Shown here piece by piece: positions 43,089 through 54,600 of a stretch of 64,000 nucleotides of DNA. A model generated the notes under the pieces. It had not been told where the DNA came from, ran no database searches, and saw nothing but the letters and a program-made list of their open reading frames with translations. The DNA is taken from contig NW_013657641.1 of the NCBI RefSeq assembly GCF_000142905.1, positions 192,907 to 256,906 on the forward strand, read 5' to 3'. The stretch's first letter is position 1. The number at the start of each line of letters is the position of its first letter. This DNA comes from Thecamonas trahens ATCC 50062 (taxonomy: Eukaryota > Protista > Apusomonadida). The translations under genes and the position numbers were made by a program.

Positions 43089-45133
43089 ATGCGGCTGACC
43101 CAGTCCGGGCTCGTTGCGGCGTTTGCGTCTGCGAACATCGACCTTGAAGCAGAAGACGGTGTCGTGGGACGGTGTCTCAACATCTGTGCCCTCCATGGCC
43201 TCTCTGCTGATGAGCTGCTCAACTCGTGGGATGCGTATGTGTGCAATCACCCGGAGGCCCATGCCCTGACTCTGGACCACCTCGACATTCTCGCCGCAGA
43301 GCTGCAGACAAAGGCCGACAGGGCTCAGTTCAAGGCCGCATCCAAGCCCCAACAGGCCGACGACTATGACATCTCAAACATATCCGCTCTGTATGTATCA
43401 CTGCCCTCCCCCTTCTCCATGCCTGTCCCCACTGGGTCCCCCCCCCGGCCCTCCCTCGGCCCCTTCGGTAGATTCTACACTCACCGCCCCCCCTCCTCCC
43501 CCCCCCCCCCCCCCACCACAGCCTTCCACCGCCGACCACCGACATGTTTGCGGCGTACGACGTGCCGAACGAAGAGCTGAAGAAGACTGTCTGGGCTGAC
43601 GCTCGCTCGCCGGTCAAGGCCAAGCCGGTCTCGCGGGTGGCGGCCATGCGTGGGAAGGACGCCGGAGTGGCCCAGGGCGGCGAGGCTGGCCTGGCACCGG
43701 CTGGCTCGCCGTCGTCGCGCTACCGCAACAGGCAGAACGCAGGACAGGTTGTTGACGTGCTCAACCCGCGGGTGGCGCCCAAGGACTACCGGCTGGAGAC
43801 GTCGGCGGCGCGAGTGACGCTCGCCCTGGAGCAAGAGTTCCACAACTTCCGCTACATGTACGACAAGATCGGCGGCAAGGTGACGATGCTTGAGGAGCGG
43901 ACGCGGGTGCTTGGCGACGAGCTGCTGGCCGACGCACAGCTGCCGGACCCGCTCTCGCTCGCCGTTCCGCGACAGGAGCCGTTTGTGGGCCTCGGCCGCG
44001 TCTGCTGCGACTCTGAGGGCAAGCTCAACGACAAGTCGGTCATGCTCGAGGGCTCTGCCAAGCTCTGCTCGGGCTTCCGCGTTCCGCTCGACCTCTCGCA
44101 CCTTCCCGAATTCTCGCTCTTCCCAGGCCAGATCATCGGCGTCGAGGGCCTCAACCTGACCGGCGCCTCGATGCTCGCCGGCCAGATCTACACACCGCCG
44201 TCGGCGCCCAAGCCGACCACCGAGCGCGACACGCTCGCCATCTACCACCACTACGGCGGCGAGCTAGTCGTCGGAACCAACGCCGACGGGTCCGACAAGA
44301 CCCAGGAGTTTGAGTTTATGGAGGGCAAGCCGCTGGCCATCATTGTCGCCGGCGGCCCGTATACCACCTCAGACGGCCTCGACTTTGCCCCGCTCCGCGA
44401 CTTGCTTGCCCGCATCGTCGCCGAGGCGCCGGACGTGGCCATTCTCATGGGGCCCTTCCTCAACGAGGGGCACCCGGCGCTCGAGGACCCGATGCTCGAG
44501 GCCACCTACGAGGAGCTCTTTGAGCAGCGTATCGCCGCCGTCATCAACGCCGAGATGGAGGGCATCGCCACCCGCTTTGTCCTCGTCCCCTCGCTCCGCG
44601 ACATCCAGCACGACCACGTCTTCCCGCAGCCGCCGCTGCCGGCAGACCTCGGTCTCGCGCCCACGGTTTCGCGGCTCTCCAACCCGTGCGTCTTTTCCAT
44701 CAACGAGATGGTCGTTGCCGTCTCAACCAACGACGTCCTCATGGCGCTCTCGTCCGAGGAGACCTTCCGCGTCCCGCAGGGCGCGCCGTCCGACCGCATG
44801 ACCCGCCTCGTCCGCCACATCATCTCGCAGCGTTCGTTCTACCCGGTCTTCCCGCCGCCGCCCGGCTCGCAGCTCGACTTTTCCCAGTCGCGCCTCCTCA
44901 ATCTCGGTGCCACTCCCGACATTCTCATCCTCGCCTCGGACCTCCGCTACTTTGTCAAGGACGTCGACGGCGCCGTCGTCGTTAACCCGGGCCGCCTCAC
45001 CGTCGGCTCGGCCGGCGGCACCTTTGCCCGCCTCACCGTCCATCCCATGCCCGAAGACGACATCGGCGAGGGCGAGGAGGAGATCGAGCACAACGTCGCC
45101 GCCCGCTGCCGCGCAGAAATCATCCGCATTTGA
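43089..45133 (+). CDS. POLA2: DNA polymerase alpha B subunit (2 exons)
   Basis: FRYMYDK, GRVCCDSEGKLN, FSLFPGQII, AGGPYTTSD, ILMGPF, QRSFYPVFPP, VNPGRL; intron GTATGT..CAG 43391-43521. Confidence 0.93.
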
Positions 45134-45199
45134 TCACTCGTGCTCCCTGCTACAGCGTAAACTCTCACTCACCTTGGCGCTTGTCAACCGCGCGGCCTC

Positions 45200-47050
45200 T
45201 TATCCGTGCATGACCTTGGCCGGCGACTGCTGAACAGCGCCTACCGCCAGCATGCTTCGCTCGCTGTCGAGCTGCTGCGAGTGCATGAGCATCGAGATGC
45301 GGAGCTTCTGGTTGGCCACCACCCGCTGCATGGCGTCGAGATCGGTCGCCAACGAGTCGTTCTCGGCCACAAGCGACTCGACAAGCGCCGTCATCGACGA
45401 CGTGCCCAGCGCCTCCATCTTGGCCCGGACCGGCGACGAGAGCGAGTCGCGGACGGGGCTCCTCGCTCCGGCCTGCGTCGCCGAGAGAAGAGACTGCAGA
45501 TTGGCGTTGTCGTTGCGGAGCGCCGTGATCTGAGCCTTGGACTCGTGCGTCAGGTCGCGCATCATGGCAATGACTTGCTCTAGTTCGAGCTCCTTGTGCC
45601 GCAGCGCAGCCTCGAGCTGATACACCTCGGCCCCGGCGCTCGCCTCCATCCGCTGCTCCGCCCCAGCGTTGGTCGCCGCACTCGCTGCGCTGTCGTCGGC
45701 GGTAACCTGAGCCTCGTGCCGGAGCTTGAGCACCTGCGCCGCCTGTGCCCGGAGCTGCGCGTCGTACGACTCGCGCATCGCCCGCTTCTCGTTCTCGGCA
45801 CTCACCACTTGGTCCTCCAGCACTCCGCGCAGACCCTCCAACTCCTCAACCCGTGCCGCCTTGGCGTCGGCCTCGAGTCGCGCCGTCAGCAGCGCTTGCT
45901 CGAGCGACGCCGCATGGTTGTGTGCGTGCGAAACGTCGGCCAGTGCCGCGTCGAGTCGGCTCTGAGCGTCGCTCACCTTGCCATGCAGGACCTGGATCTC
46001 CCGCTGCGCCGCCTCTTTGGCCCGCTCTGCTGCCGCGTTTCGTGCCCGCAGCTCAGCAATTTCCGACCCGTTGTCGGCCACCTTGGCCCGGAGCTCGTGG
46101 ACAAGCGCCTGCGTCCGCCCGTGCCGGGTCTCGGCCGCCTCGGCCGCTGCCGCCTTTTGCTCCAGCTCGGCAAGCCTGCTCCGCGCCCGCTCCAGCTCAG
46201 ACGTTGCCGAGTAGTACTTGCGTTCGAGCGAGGCGCGGGCGGCATCGGCGTCGGCATCGCGCGACGCCGCCGCCGCCGCCTCTTCGTTCAGCCGCGCTAC
46301 CGTTGCGTTGAGCGCCTTGATCTGGCCCTCCAGCCGCGGAATCACCGCCGCCCGCTCCAGCTCCTCGTCCACCCGTAGCCGCAGCGCATGAATCTCTCCC
46401 CGCAGCCGCTCGTTGGCCTGCGCCAGACCCTGCGCTTCGGCTACCGCCGCCGAGTGCTCAGACTGCATGGCCGCCAGCACGTACGCCGGCTCGCGCCTCT
46501 CGCCCGGCCTCGCCAGCGGCTCATCCTCCCACGCCTCTCCATCCGCCGGCCCATAGTAACCATCGCTTGCATCACTCTGCCACCGTCCGCCTGCCCGCTC
46601 CGGATGTGGCGGCGCGAGCTGCGGCGGCTCGGCGCCATACGCCCGGCCGTTTCCGCGAGCGCCCGACACCTGGCCATAGCTGGCCTCGTCCTGGCAATGG
46701 AGGGCGCCATGGGGGAGCCGGCTAGCGGCAGCTCGGACAGCAGCACGCGTCCGCGACCGTGCATGGCTCCGCCCTACGTCGCGGTAGGCGTAGGACGAGG
46801 CCCGAGGCCGTGCTCGGCTACGGACAGCCGCACTGCCGCCGGGCACCTTGAGCGCTCTTGACGTGGTGGACACGCCCCGCGGGGTGCGGCGGGTATCCGG
46901 CGAGGCGAATCCAGGCGCACCCACCCCTTCCACTCTGCCTCTCCCGGCACCACCCGTACCACCACTGCTGCTCGTAGCCCGTCCGCCCTTGTCATTCGCT
47001 CGGAAGTGCTTCATGTAGCTCCGCAACGACGCAGAGCTGCTGGCCGCCAT
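45200..47050 (-). CDS. Hypothetical long coiled-coil protein
   Basis: 616-aa ORF with heptad-rich A/E/L/R composition. Confidence 0.7.
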   Translation of the reverse strand: MAASSSASLRSYMKHFRANDKGGRATSSSGGTGGAGRGRVEGVGAPGFASPDTRRTPRGVSTTSRALKVPGGSAAVRSRARPRASSYAYRDVGRSHARSRTRAAVRAAASRLPHGALHCQDEASYGQVSGARGNGRAYGAEPPQLAPPHPERAGGRWQSDASDGYYGPADGEAWEDEPLARPGERREPAYVLAAMQSEHSAAVAEAQGLAQANERLRGEIHALRLRVDEELERAAVIPRLEGQIKALNATVARLNEEAAAAASRDADADAARASLERKYYSATSELERARSRLAELEQKAAAAEAAETRHGRTQALVHELRAKVADNGSEIAELRARNAAAERAKEAAQREIQVLHGKVSDAQSRLDAALADVSHAHNHAASLEQALLTARLEADAKAARVEELEGLRGVLEDQVVSAENEKRAMRESYDAQLRAQAAQVLKLRHEAQVTADDSAASAATNAGAEQRMEASAGAEVYQLEAALRHKELELEQVIAMMRDLTHESKAQITALRNDNANLQSLLSATQAGARSPVRDSLSSPVRAKMEALGTSSMTALVESLVAENDSLATDLDAMQRVVANQKLRISMLMHSQQLDSERSMLAVGAVQQSPAKVMHG

Positions 47051-47090
47051 CCGCGCGCGAAACGGGCGCGCTGCAGTGGAGTGACGACTG

Positions 47091-47263
47091 GACTCCTAGA
47101 CCGACCGACGAATGGACTGCCACACCGACCACACCGACAGACTCCCAGACCGACCGACGAATGGACTGCCACACCGACCACACCGACAGACTCCCAGACC
47201 GACCGACGAATGGACTGCCACACCGACCACACCGACAGACTCCCACACTGACCGACGAATGGA
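47091..47263. repeat. 49-bp minisatellite x about 3.5 (AGACCGACCGACGAATGGACTGCCACACCGACCACACCGACAGACTCCC)
   Basis: Three near-perfect head-to-tail copies plus a partial copy. Confidence 0.95.
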
Positions 47264-47583
47264 GGGACGGAGAGACGGATCGAGATCACGGACAGTCATG
47301 CTCACATGGGGGAGGTTGCCGTTGCGTGTATCGCTATGCCATGTGCTTTGCCTTGATGGTGGGCACCACTGTTTCCAGGCCGGATTTGTGTGTCGGTCGG
47401 TCTGAGTGGTGGTGCGCCAGCTTCTGGTCTTTTGCGGCCCATCCATCGAAGCCGGCAGGCCATGGGCGGGTGAGCGGGGACGGCAACGCGGCAGGTCGCA
47501 CCACGTCACCCCGTCACCCCGTCACCCCCCGTCCCCCCCGTCCCCCCTCCCATCCCCCTCCCGCCCCTCTCCTTCACCTCCAC

Positions 47584-50500
47584 ATGCGCAACCTCAGCCA
47601 CCTTCACACACGGGCCCACCATGTCGTGGGAGCAGGAGCAGGAGCAGGAGACGACGGCCGAGCCGTGGCCGCAGCAGGGTTCTGCCCCGACGAGACGAGC
47701 ATGGTGGCGGTGACGACCGACGGCTGCCTCCTGGCCACCGATCTCAAGTCGGGCGAGCAGATTCAATGGGCCATGGTCACCGGCGAGGAGCTGATGGATG
47801 CGCCGCTTCTTCCGCATTCGTTTGTTGCCATGCATGTGGCGGCTGATGGCGAGTCGGTCTCTCTCGCCGCCGCTGATGGCGTCGTCGTTGTCCACGAGCT
47901 GCAGGACAATGTGACAGAAGCCGTCGGTGACATCGAAGCTGGCATCGCCGCTATGGCTTGGTCACCCGATGACGACGCTGTGGTCATCGTTACCGCCGCT
48001 GCGCCTGTTCCTTCGGTCCTGCTCCTCAATCGTGACTGGTTCCCAGTCGCAGAGCTGCCATGGGACGCCCCACCGCCGGCCCGCCCTGCCGATCCGGCAC
48101 TTACCCTGGACAACCAGCCGCCGGACGGCCCCGAGTCCGAGATCGAGTTTGGCGCCGCCGCTGGAGTGCGGATCACGTGGCGGCCGGACGGTGCCTTCTT
48201 TGCTGTCAACGCCTGGGACGCTGCCGCCGGCAAGCGCCGCATCAACGTCTACTCGCGCAGCGGCGAGCTCGTCCACGGCTCGGATCCCTTTGCCGCCCTC
48301 GGCGTCGCCATGGCCTGGAAGCCATCGGGCGCGGTCTTTGCAACCTCGCAGCGCCTTCCCGAGGGCAACGCCGTCGTCTTTTTCGAGTCGAACGCGCTGC
48401 GGCATGGCCAGTTTACCCTCGCGCCTGCCGACGCCGAACTCTCGGTCGCCGATCTCAAGTGGGCGCCCGATGGTGAGGTCCTTGCCGTCCTCCTCACCAC
48501 CGCTGACGGCGCTCCGGCCAAGCTGCAACTCTGGGCCGCATCCAACTACTGCTGGGCCCTCAAGGACGAGATCAGGCTCGCGCCGGGCTCCGATCCGCTA
48601 CTCCACTTTGAGTGGGATCCGCTCGGCATCGAGTTGACCCTCTTCCTCGTCCATGCTTCGGGTGCGTGCTACTCTCGCCGCTACTGCTGGGACACGGCAC
48701 TCGGCTCGGGCCTCTTTGCCGACAACACCTTTCCAGTGGCCGTCGCCGCCGGGCATATGGTCAAGATCACTTTTCTCGGGCTTGCTGTTGTCCCGCCGCC
48801 GTACGCCACTCTCGAACTGGCTGTCCCGCCCGAGTTCGGCCCGGCGCTCGGCTCGCCGGCCTTTGCGCCGGGCTCGCTGGCGCTGGCGGTCACCGGCCCA
48901 GCTCACGTTCTCATCTATGAGGCAGACGGCCGCGGCAGCTATGCAGGATCGCCGGCGGCGGCGGTGCCTCTCCCCGAGCCGCTCTCGCAGCTGCAGTGGC
49001 TCTCGCAGGACGCGCTCGTGGGCGTCGGCGCCGATGGCGCGTCGCTGGTGGTGCTCGCCCGCGACGCTGGCGCGGCCTTTGACTCGCTTTCTCTCGCGGC
49101 GCGGGTCGCTGTCGAAGGCCTTGTCCTCCGGCTCGACGTCTCAGCACACACCGGGATGGCCCTGATCCAGCTTGCGGACGGGCGGCTGTTCCGGTACCAG
49201 GGTGTGGGCGGCCTCGCAGTTCCTCTGCAGGTTGCCGGCGGCCGGGTCTCGCTCCCGGCGCCGTGCGAGGAGATGACCTCGATGAAGTGGAACGGGCCGC
49301 AGGGCGCAACGACCGTTGTTATTGCTCGCTCGGCGCTCAACAAGCTGTACATCAACGGGGTGTGTGTCGCCGACACTGCGTCGTCGTTTGCGCTTCATGC
49401 GCGCTTCCTCCTCTACACCACTATTGCCGCCGAGCTGGTCTTTGTGCCGTGGACAACCGACGTGTCAAGCAGCGTCCTCGAGTCGCAGGTGACGGTACTC
49501 GAGTCGCGCCTGGTCGAGCGCGGCGCGCAGCTCGTCGGCGTGGTCGAGACTGGCGTCCGCGTCGTCCTGCAGATGCCGCGTGGAAATGTCGAGGTCATCG
49601 AGCCACGGCCGTTGGTCAAGGCCCGCGTCGCCGCCCTCCTTGCGCGCAAGAACTATGGTGCTGCGTTCACTATCATGCGCCGGCAGCGGCTTGACCTTAA
49701 TCTCCTGGTCGAGACCGACCTGGAGGCCTTTGTGACCGACGCGCCGCTTGTCGTCGACCAGCTGGGCAAGCCCGACTCGCTCAACCTAGTCCTCACCCGC
49801 CTCGCCGTCTCGACTGTCTCGCTCAAGGACGCTACCGCCGACGCCAACCTCCGCATTGTGCCGCAGATCAGCTCGGCTACTGACGCCGGCACCGCGCTGC
49901 GGGCCGCGCTGGCCAAGACCGAGAAGACCCGTGATGTGGCAGCGCTCCGCGCCGACGACGGCACCGCCGCCGGCCACGCCCGTGTCAATCGCGTCTGCGC
50001 CGCTCTCCGCACTGCCATGCTCGCGCGGCCTGACGCGGCGGCGTGGGAGCTGGCCATCCTCACCTCGCTCGCGGTCCAGGTCCCGCCGGCGCTCGAGGAG
50101 GCGCTCGTCCGGGTCCAGGACTTGCGCGCAGCGATGCAGGCCGACGCTGTTGGTTCGCCGAGCGACGGCTCGCTCGTGCGTGTTGTTGTCGACGTCGGCG
50201 CCGGCGCGGCACCTGCGCCGCATGCCAAGCCCACCAGTCTTGGTCCGGCGCAGGCGCTGGACTACCTGGTTTTTCTCGCCGACGCGGACGAGCTCTTCGA
50301 CGTTGCGCTCGGCCTCTACGACTGGGACCTGGTCCGGCTTGTGGCCTCGCGGACCCAGAAGGATCCGCGTGAGTACGCTCCGCTGCTGGAGTGCCTCGCC
50401 ACGCTTCCGCCACCGTTTGCCCACCATGTTGTCGACACCTATCTCGGGCGGATCGACAAGGCTCTGGCAGCGCTGGTGCAAGTCGGCGACGGCGAGGTCT

Positions 50501-51777
50501 CGCGGGCGGCCGTGCGTCAGCTCGCCACATACTTTGCCGCGGGCGAGTTCCTTGACCTGGCGAATGGCGAGTCAACCCACGTCTCGCTCGCCGAGCTGCA
50601 CGACCTCTACCTCCGCGTTGTGGCCGAGGCCAAGGCGCACGCGGTGGGACAAGCGATTGCTGCAGAGGCAAACGTACCAATCCTTGCGGCCCGGGTTGCT
50701 GTTGCGCACGCGCACGCACTGGTAGCCCGCGGCAAGGTTGCCGAGGGTGGTGCGCTCCTGGCTGCGGCGGGTGAGCACGCCGCTGCTCGCGAGGCATACC
50801 TGGCCGCAGGCGAGTGGCGGCTGGCATTTGCGTCTGCGCACGCGCTCGGCTACGACGTCGACGCTCTGCTAGAGATGGCGTACGAGGCATCGGAGAAGCT
50901 AGCGGCGCGCGGCAAGGCTGCGGCTGCGGCTCAGATCCTGGTCCGCTACGCCCGCGACGTCGATGCAGCTGTCGAGGCTCTGCTCGCTGGCGACGAGTGG
51001 ATGGATGCGGTGTGGACGGCGCGGCAGGCCGGGCGTGACGACCTTGTGGAGGCCGATGTCCGCGACGGCGTCGTCGCGTCGGCTGCCGAGTGGCTGAGCA
51101 CCATTGAGGAGAAGCATGCCAAGTGGCGGCGCGGCGTCGGCAAGCTGGCCGGCATGTTCGAGCGCCGCGCCGCCGCTGGCGGCTACCATCGGCCGTCACA
51201 CGCTGGAAACGAGAGTGAGGCGTCGGCCGCCGACGACGCGTTCTCGGACACGTCGTCGGTCGTCTCGGGCTTTACCACGTCGACGGCGTCGTCGTCGGGC
51301 GCGTCGGCGCTCTCGTCGTCGGCGTCGGTCCGGTCGCAGGCGCGTCGGCGCCGCAAGGCCGCGGCCAAGCGAGCCAAGGCCGCGGCCAAGCGGTCCGGCG
51401 GTCTCTCTGGCGAAGCCTACGCAGTCGCCGGCCTCAAGCGGTCGGTTCCGTCGGCTGCTTTTACCTCCAAGGTCGGTGAGCTGGTCCGGGCCTGCCTCTA
51501 CTTTGGCGAAAATGCTGCTGGCGCCGCTCTCCAAGCCCGCTTCGATGCCTACCTCATCGACATCGAGTACATGTACGGCCTGCTCGACATGGGCGCGGCC
51601 GCCATCGCGCCGGCTCCCGCCGCGCCTGCCCCTACGGCATCGGCGTCTCACCTCCCTCCCGGTTTTGAGCTGAACACCGTAACCCTTGCCGACGGCTCGC
51701 TCGCCTCGTTTACCATGCGTCCAGTCCTCCAGCACGAAGATGTGTCGTGGAAGGCGCGCTCGCTTGCTGCGCCGTAG
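47584..51777 (+). CDS. ELP1: Elongator complex protein 1
   Basis: MRNL start, GIAAMAWSPD, ITWRPDG, FFESNALRHGQF, SNYCWALK, VERGA, LQMPRGNVE, MRRQRLDLNL, TQKDPREY. Confidence 0.95.
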   Translation: MRNLSHLHTRAHHVVGAGAGAGDDGRAVAAAGFCPDETSMVAVTTDGCLLATDLKSGEQIQWAMVTGEELMDAPLLPHSFVAMHVAADGESVSLAAADGVVVVHELQDNVTEAVGDIEAGIAAMAWSPDDDAVVIVTAAAPVPSVLLLNRDWFPVAELPWDAPPPARPADPALTLDNQPPDGPESEIEFGAAAGVRITWRPDGAFFAVNAWDAAAGKRRINVYSRSGELVHGSDPFAALGVAMAWKPSGAVFATSQRLPEGNAVVFFESNALRHGQFTLAPADAELSVADLKWAPDGEVLAVLLTTADGAPAKLQLWAASNYCWALKDEIRLAPGSDPLLHFEWDPLGIELTLFLVHASGACYSRRYCWDTALGSGLFADNTFPVAVAAGHMVKITFLGLAVVPPPYATLELAVPPEFGPALGSPAFAPGSLALAVTGPAHVLIYEADGRGSYAGSPAAAVPLPEPLSQLQWLSQDALVGVGADGASLVVLARDAGAAFDSLSLAARVAVEGLVLRLDVSAHTGMALIQLADGRLFRYQGVGGLAVPLQVAGGRVSLPAPCEEMTSMKWNGPQGATTVVIARSALNKLYINGVCVADTASSFALHARFLLYTTIAAELVFVPWTTDVSSSVLESQVTVLESRLVERGAQLVGVVETGVRVVLQMPRGNVEVIEPRPLVKARVAALLARKNYGAAFTIMRRQRLDLNLLVETDLEAFVTDAPLVVDQLGKPDSLNLVLTRLAVSTVSLKDATADANLRIVPQISSATDAGTALRAALAKTEKTRDVAALRADDGTAAGHARVNRVCAALRTAMLARPDAAAWELAILTSLAVQVPPALEEALVRVQDLRAAMQADAVGSPSDGSLVRVVVDVGAGAAPAPHAKPTSLGPAQALDYLVFLADADELFDVALGLYDWDLVRLVASRTQKDPREYAPLLECLATLPPPFAHHVVDTYLGRIDKALAALVQVGDGEVSRAAVRQLATYFAAGEFLDLANGESTHVSLAELHDLYLRVVAEAKAHAVGQAIAAEANVPILAARVAVAHAHALVARGKVAEGGALLAAAGEHAAAREAYLAAGEWRLAFASAHALGYDVDALLEMAYEASEKLAARGKAAAAAQILVRYARDVDAAVEALLAGDEWMDAVWTARQAGRDDLVEADVRDGVVASAAEWLSTIEEKHAKWRRGVGKLAGMFERRAAAGGYHRPSHAGNESEASAADDAFSDTSSVVSGFTTSTASSSGASALSSSASVRSQARRRRKAAAKRAKAAAKRSGGLSGEAYAVAGLKRSVPSAAFTSKVGELVRACLYFGENAAGAALQARFDAYLIDIEYMYGLLDMGAAAIAPAPAAPAPTASASHLPPGFELNTVTLADGSLASFTMRPVLQHEDVSWKARSLAAP

Positions 51778-51981
51778 CCCACAAAAGACAACGCCGCCCA
51801 CATCTGGTGTGCCCGCGCACTCGCGCGCTTGCGCGCTCGCGCGCTCGCGGCTTTTGCATCAACGAACAATAGAGTCAATGACAGAAGGGAGGGGGGTGGG
51901 CGCGACCGGCGACCAACCAGCGACCAACCGGCTAAGGACTGAGCAGCCCAGATTTGGCCACTCTTCTTCCATTCTTGACCA

Positions 51982-53393
51982 ATGTCGGCTTCGGACTCAT
52001 CGTCTGCGTCTGTCTCGTCTGACCCGGCGGCATCCGAGTTTGACCCGACCCTTAACAATCCGGTTGTGTGCAATCAGTTCCGTGCTGCTGCCGAGATTGC
52101 CAACTGTAGGATGCCTGTGGTAGCGGGGCGCGCGGCGTAGCCAGCGAGGGGCGGCGGCGGCCGAGGATTTTCCGTGGCATCTCCGCCACGGCATGGACGA
52201 GGTGTTGCGGGCTGGTGTGGGCAAGACGAGGATAATAAGGACTCACAATGCGGGTGGGATGGCGGTACGGATGATGGTCGCGGGTGCTACCTTGTTTTGG
52301 GTGGGAGGTAGATGTGCTGGAACAGGTGGCGGCCATGTGCGTTGCTGGAGCCACGCCGTTCGAGGTGGTTCAGCAGGGCAATGAGCTGCTCCTGGCCAGG
52401 TCGGCCAAGATGATGAAGAAGGCCAAGTTTACGCGTGGCGTGGCCATTCCGGTCTCGATCTCGGTCAATGAGTGCCTCGGCAACTACTCGCCGCTGAGCC
52501 AGTCGCCGGATGAGGCGCCGCTCGCGGTGGGCGACATTGTCAAGATCGACCTTGGCGTTCACATGAACGGCATGCCGGTTCAGGTCGCCAACACGATTGT
52601 GGTCGGCGCCTCGGGCTCGGACGTCGACCCGGCGGTGGCATCCGTCATCACTGCAGGGTACACCGCGCTGCAGGCGGCCATCCGCAAGTTCACCGTCGGC
52701 GGAACCAACGCCGAGGTCACCGACGTCATCAAGAGTGTGGCCGACGCGTTTGAGGTCAACGCTGTCGAGGGCGTCCTCTCGCACGAGGTCTCGCGCTTTG
52801 TCATCGACGGCGAGAAGTGCATCATCAACAAGGAGACGCTCGACCAGCAGGTGGCTGCGTGGACCTTTGAGGCCGCCCAGGTCGTCACCTTTGATATTGT
52901 CGTCTCCACCGACGACGCCAAGCCGCGTGTGGTCAACGAGAACACCACCATCTTCAAGCGCGACCCGACCCAGCGCGGCGCGCTCAAGTCCAAGGTCGCC
53001 CGCCGTGTTCTCAACTTCGTCGACCGCGTCGCCTCGGCCTTCCCCTTCACTCTTGCCACCCTCTCTGTCCTTGGTAAGGACAAGAAATCGCTCTCGCTCA
53101 ACGAGGGCAAGCTTGGCATGTCGTTGATGGCCAAGTCCGGCTTTGTCGTCGACTACCCCGTCCTCCACGCCCACGACAACGCCTTCTCGGCCCGCTTCAA
53201 GGCCACAGTCGCGCTCATGCCTTCCGGCCGCCGCATCGTCTTGTCTGCCCCGCCGGCGCTTGACGCCGAGCTCGCCCCGACCCACAAGATCGAGGACGAG
53301 GAGCTGCTGGCCCTGCTTGCCACCAGCGCCGAGACCAAGAAGAAGAAGAAGAAGAACAAGAAGAAGAAGGCCCCTGCTGCCACCACCGAGTAA
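51982..53393 (+). CDS. PA2G4: Proliferation-associated protein 2G4/EBP1 (2 exons)
   Basis: Exon 1 ..TLNNPVVCNQFRAAAEIAN; exon 2 VKIDLGVHMNG, VEGVLSHE, poly-Lys tail; intron GTAGGA..TAG 52106-52311. Confidence 0.88.
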
Positions 53394-53492
53394 TCGACTT
53401 CTGCTACGCTTGTCAGCGGCTCTACGACCTCAGCTGCTGTTCGCCAAGTAAAGTATTGCGTCTTCAGCTTGCTCCACCGACGCCGGCGATGT

Positions 53493-54161
53493 TCACCGCT
53501 CCTCCTGGATCGACTGTTGCTTGGCTAGCTCTGCCGCTGCGGCCTCGAGCGCGGGCGTCAGCGTCTCAGCCATGTACTGCGTCTTATCCTCAATCAGAGC
53601 CCGGGTCGTAGCCAGCGAGGCTTCTGCCGCTGCCAGCGCCTCGGCCTCGGTCTTGGCCCGATCAGCGAGCGCGTTGCGCTTGTCCTCGAGTCCGCGGATG
53701 AGCGCGGCTGCTTCCCGGGCGGAGGTCTTGATGGCCGCTGCGTCTCCATACTCGGCGACCAACGCCTCGGTCTTGGCCGCGATCTTGGCCTGCTTTCTTC
53801 GGAGTGCGCCGAGAGCTGCTTGCAACTCTGCAAGTTTGGCCTCCTCTTCCGGCGTGGCCGGTGGCGCGAGGTTGACCACCGCCGGCTTGCTCAGGGCCTG
53901 ATCTTGCTCGACGTCAGGCAGCAGCTGGAGATGCTTGACCTTGCAGAAGATGCCGTGGCCGTCCTTGCAGGCAAAGTACGCGCGACCACCGACCGAGCCA
54001 TCGTGTTTGCCCAGAGGTTCATCGAGGGCCACACCGACGACGACCTTGTCCACAAACTCGACTTTGCCGTAGTACATGACCGTCCCCGTGTTATCCTTGC
54101 ACCTCACCCGGGCCCCGACTGTGGTCACCGTCAGCTCCTCTGTCGTCCCCTCTCCAGCCAT
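53493..54161 (-). CDS. CAP-Gly domain plus coiled-coil protein
   Basis: VGARV..GTVMYYG..VGVALDEPLGKHDGSVGGRAYFAC..HGIF. Confidence 0.85.
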   Translation of the reverse strand: MAGEGTTEELTVTTVGARVRCKDNTGTVMYYGKVEFVDKVVVGVALDEPLGKHDGSVGGRAYFACKDGHGIFCKVKHLQLLPDVEQDQALSKPAVVNLAPPATPEEEAKLAELQAALGALRRKQAKIAAKTEALVAEYGDAAAIKTSAREAAALIRGLEDKRNALADRAKTEAEALAAAEASLATTRALIEDKTQYMAETLTPALEAAAAELAKQQSIQEER

Positions 54162-54600
54162 TGTGGGCTTGATGCTGTTCAGAAGCGAGTAGGCTGCGTG
54201 GGTATGGGGGGTATGGGGCGTGGGAGAGGTGGTGATGGTGATGGTTGTGCCCTTAGCCTGCATCTGGCAAAGGGGGGGGGCGGAGGACCCAGTGCGGGGG
54301 GGGGGGGAGAGGGGGGGGGAGGGGGCAGGGGAGGGAGGGCTGTATGAGTAATGAACAACATGAGATGGACGGGTGAGTGAGTGAGTACCCATGTAGAGGA
54401 TACTCCATGCCCCGTACAAGGTAGATGTATGCCTATGCGTCCTTGATAGAGTCCAGATGGTCACCGATAGACTGTTGGGCACCCCGGAGGGAGAGGGCGG
54501 AGGGCGGAGGGCGGAGGGGGGGGTAGCTCCCAGAGGGGGTTGGTGGCCAGCCAGGCCAGGGTCAGGCCCAAAGCCACACACTCGACTTGCAGTGGGCGAC

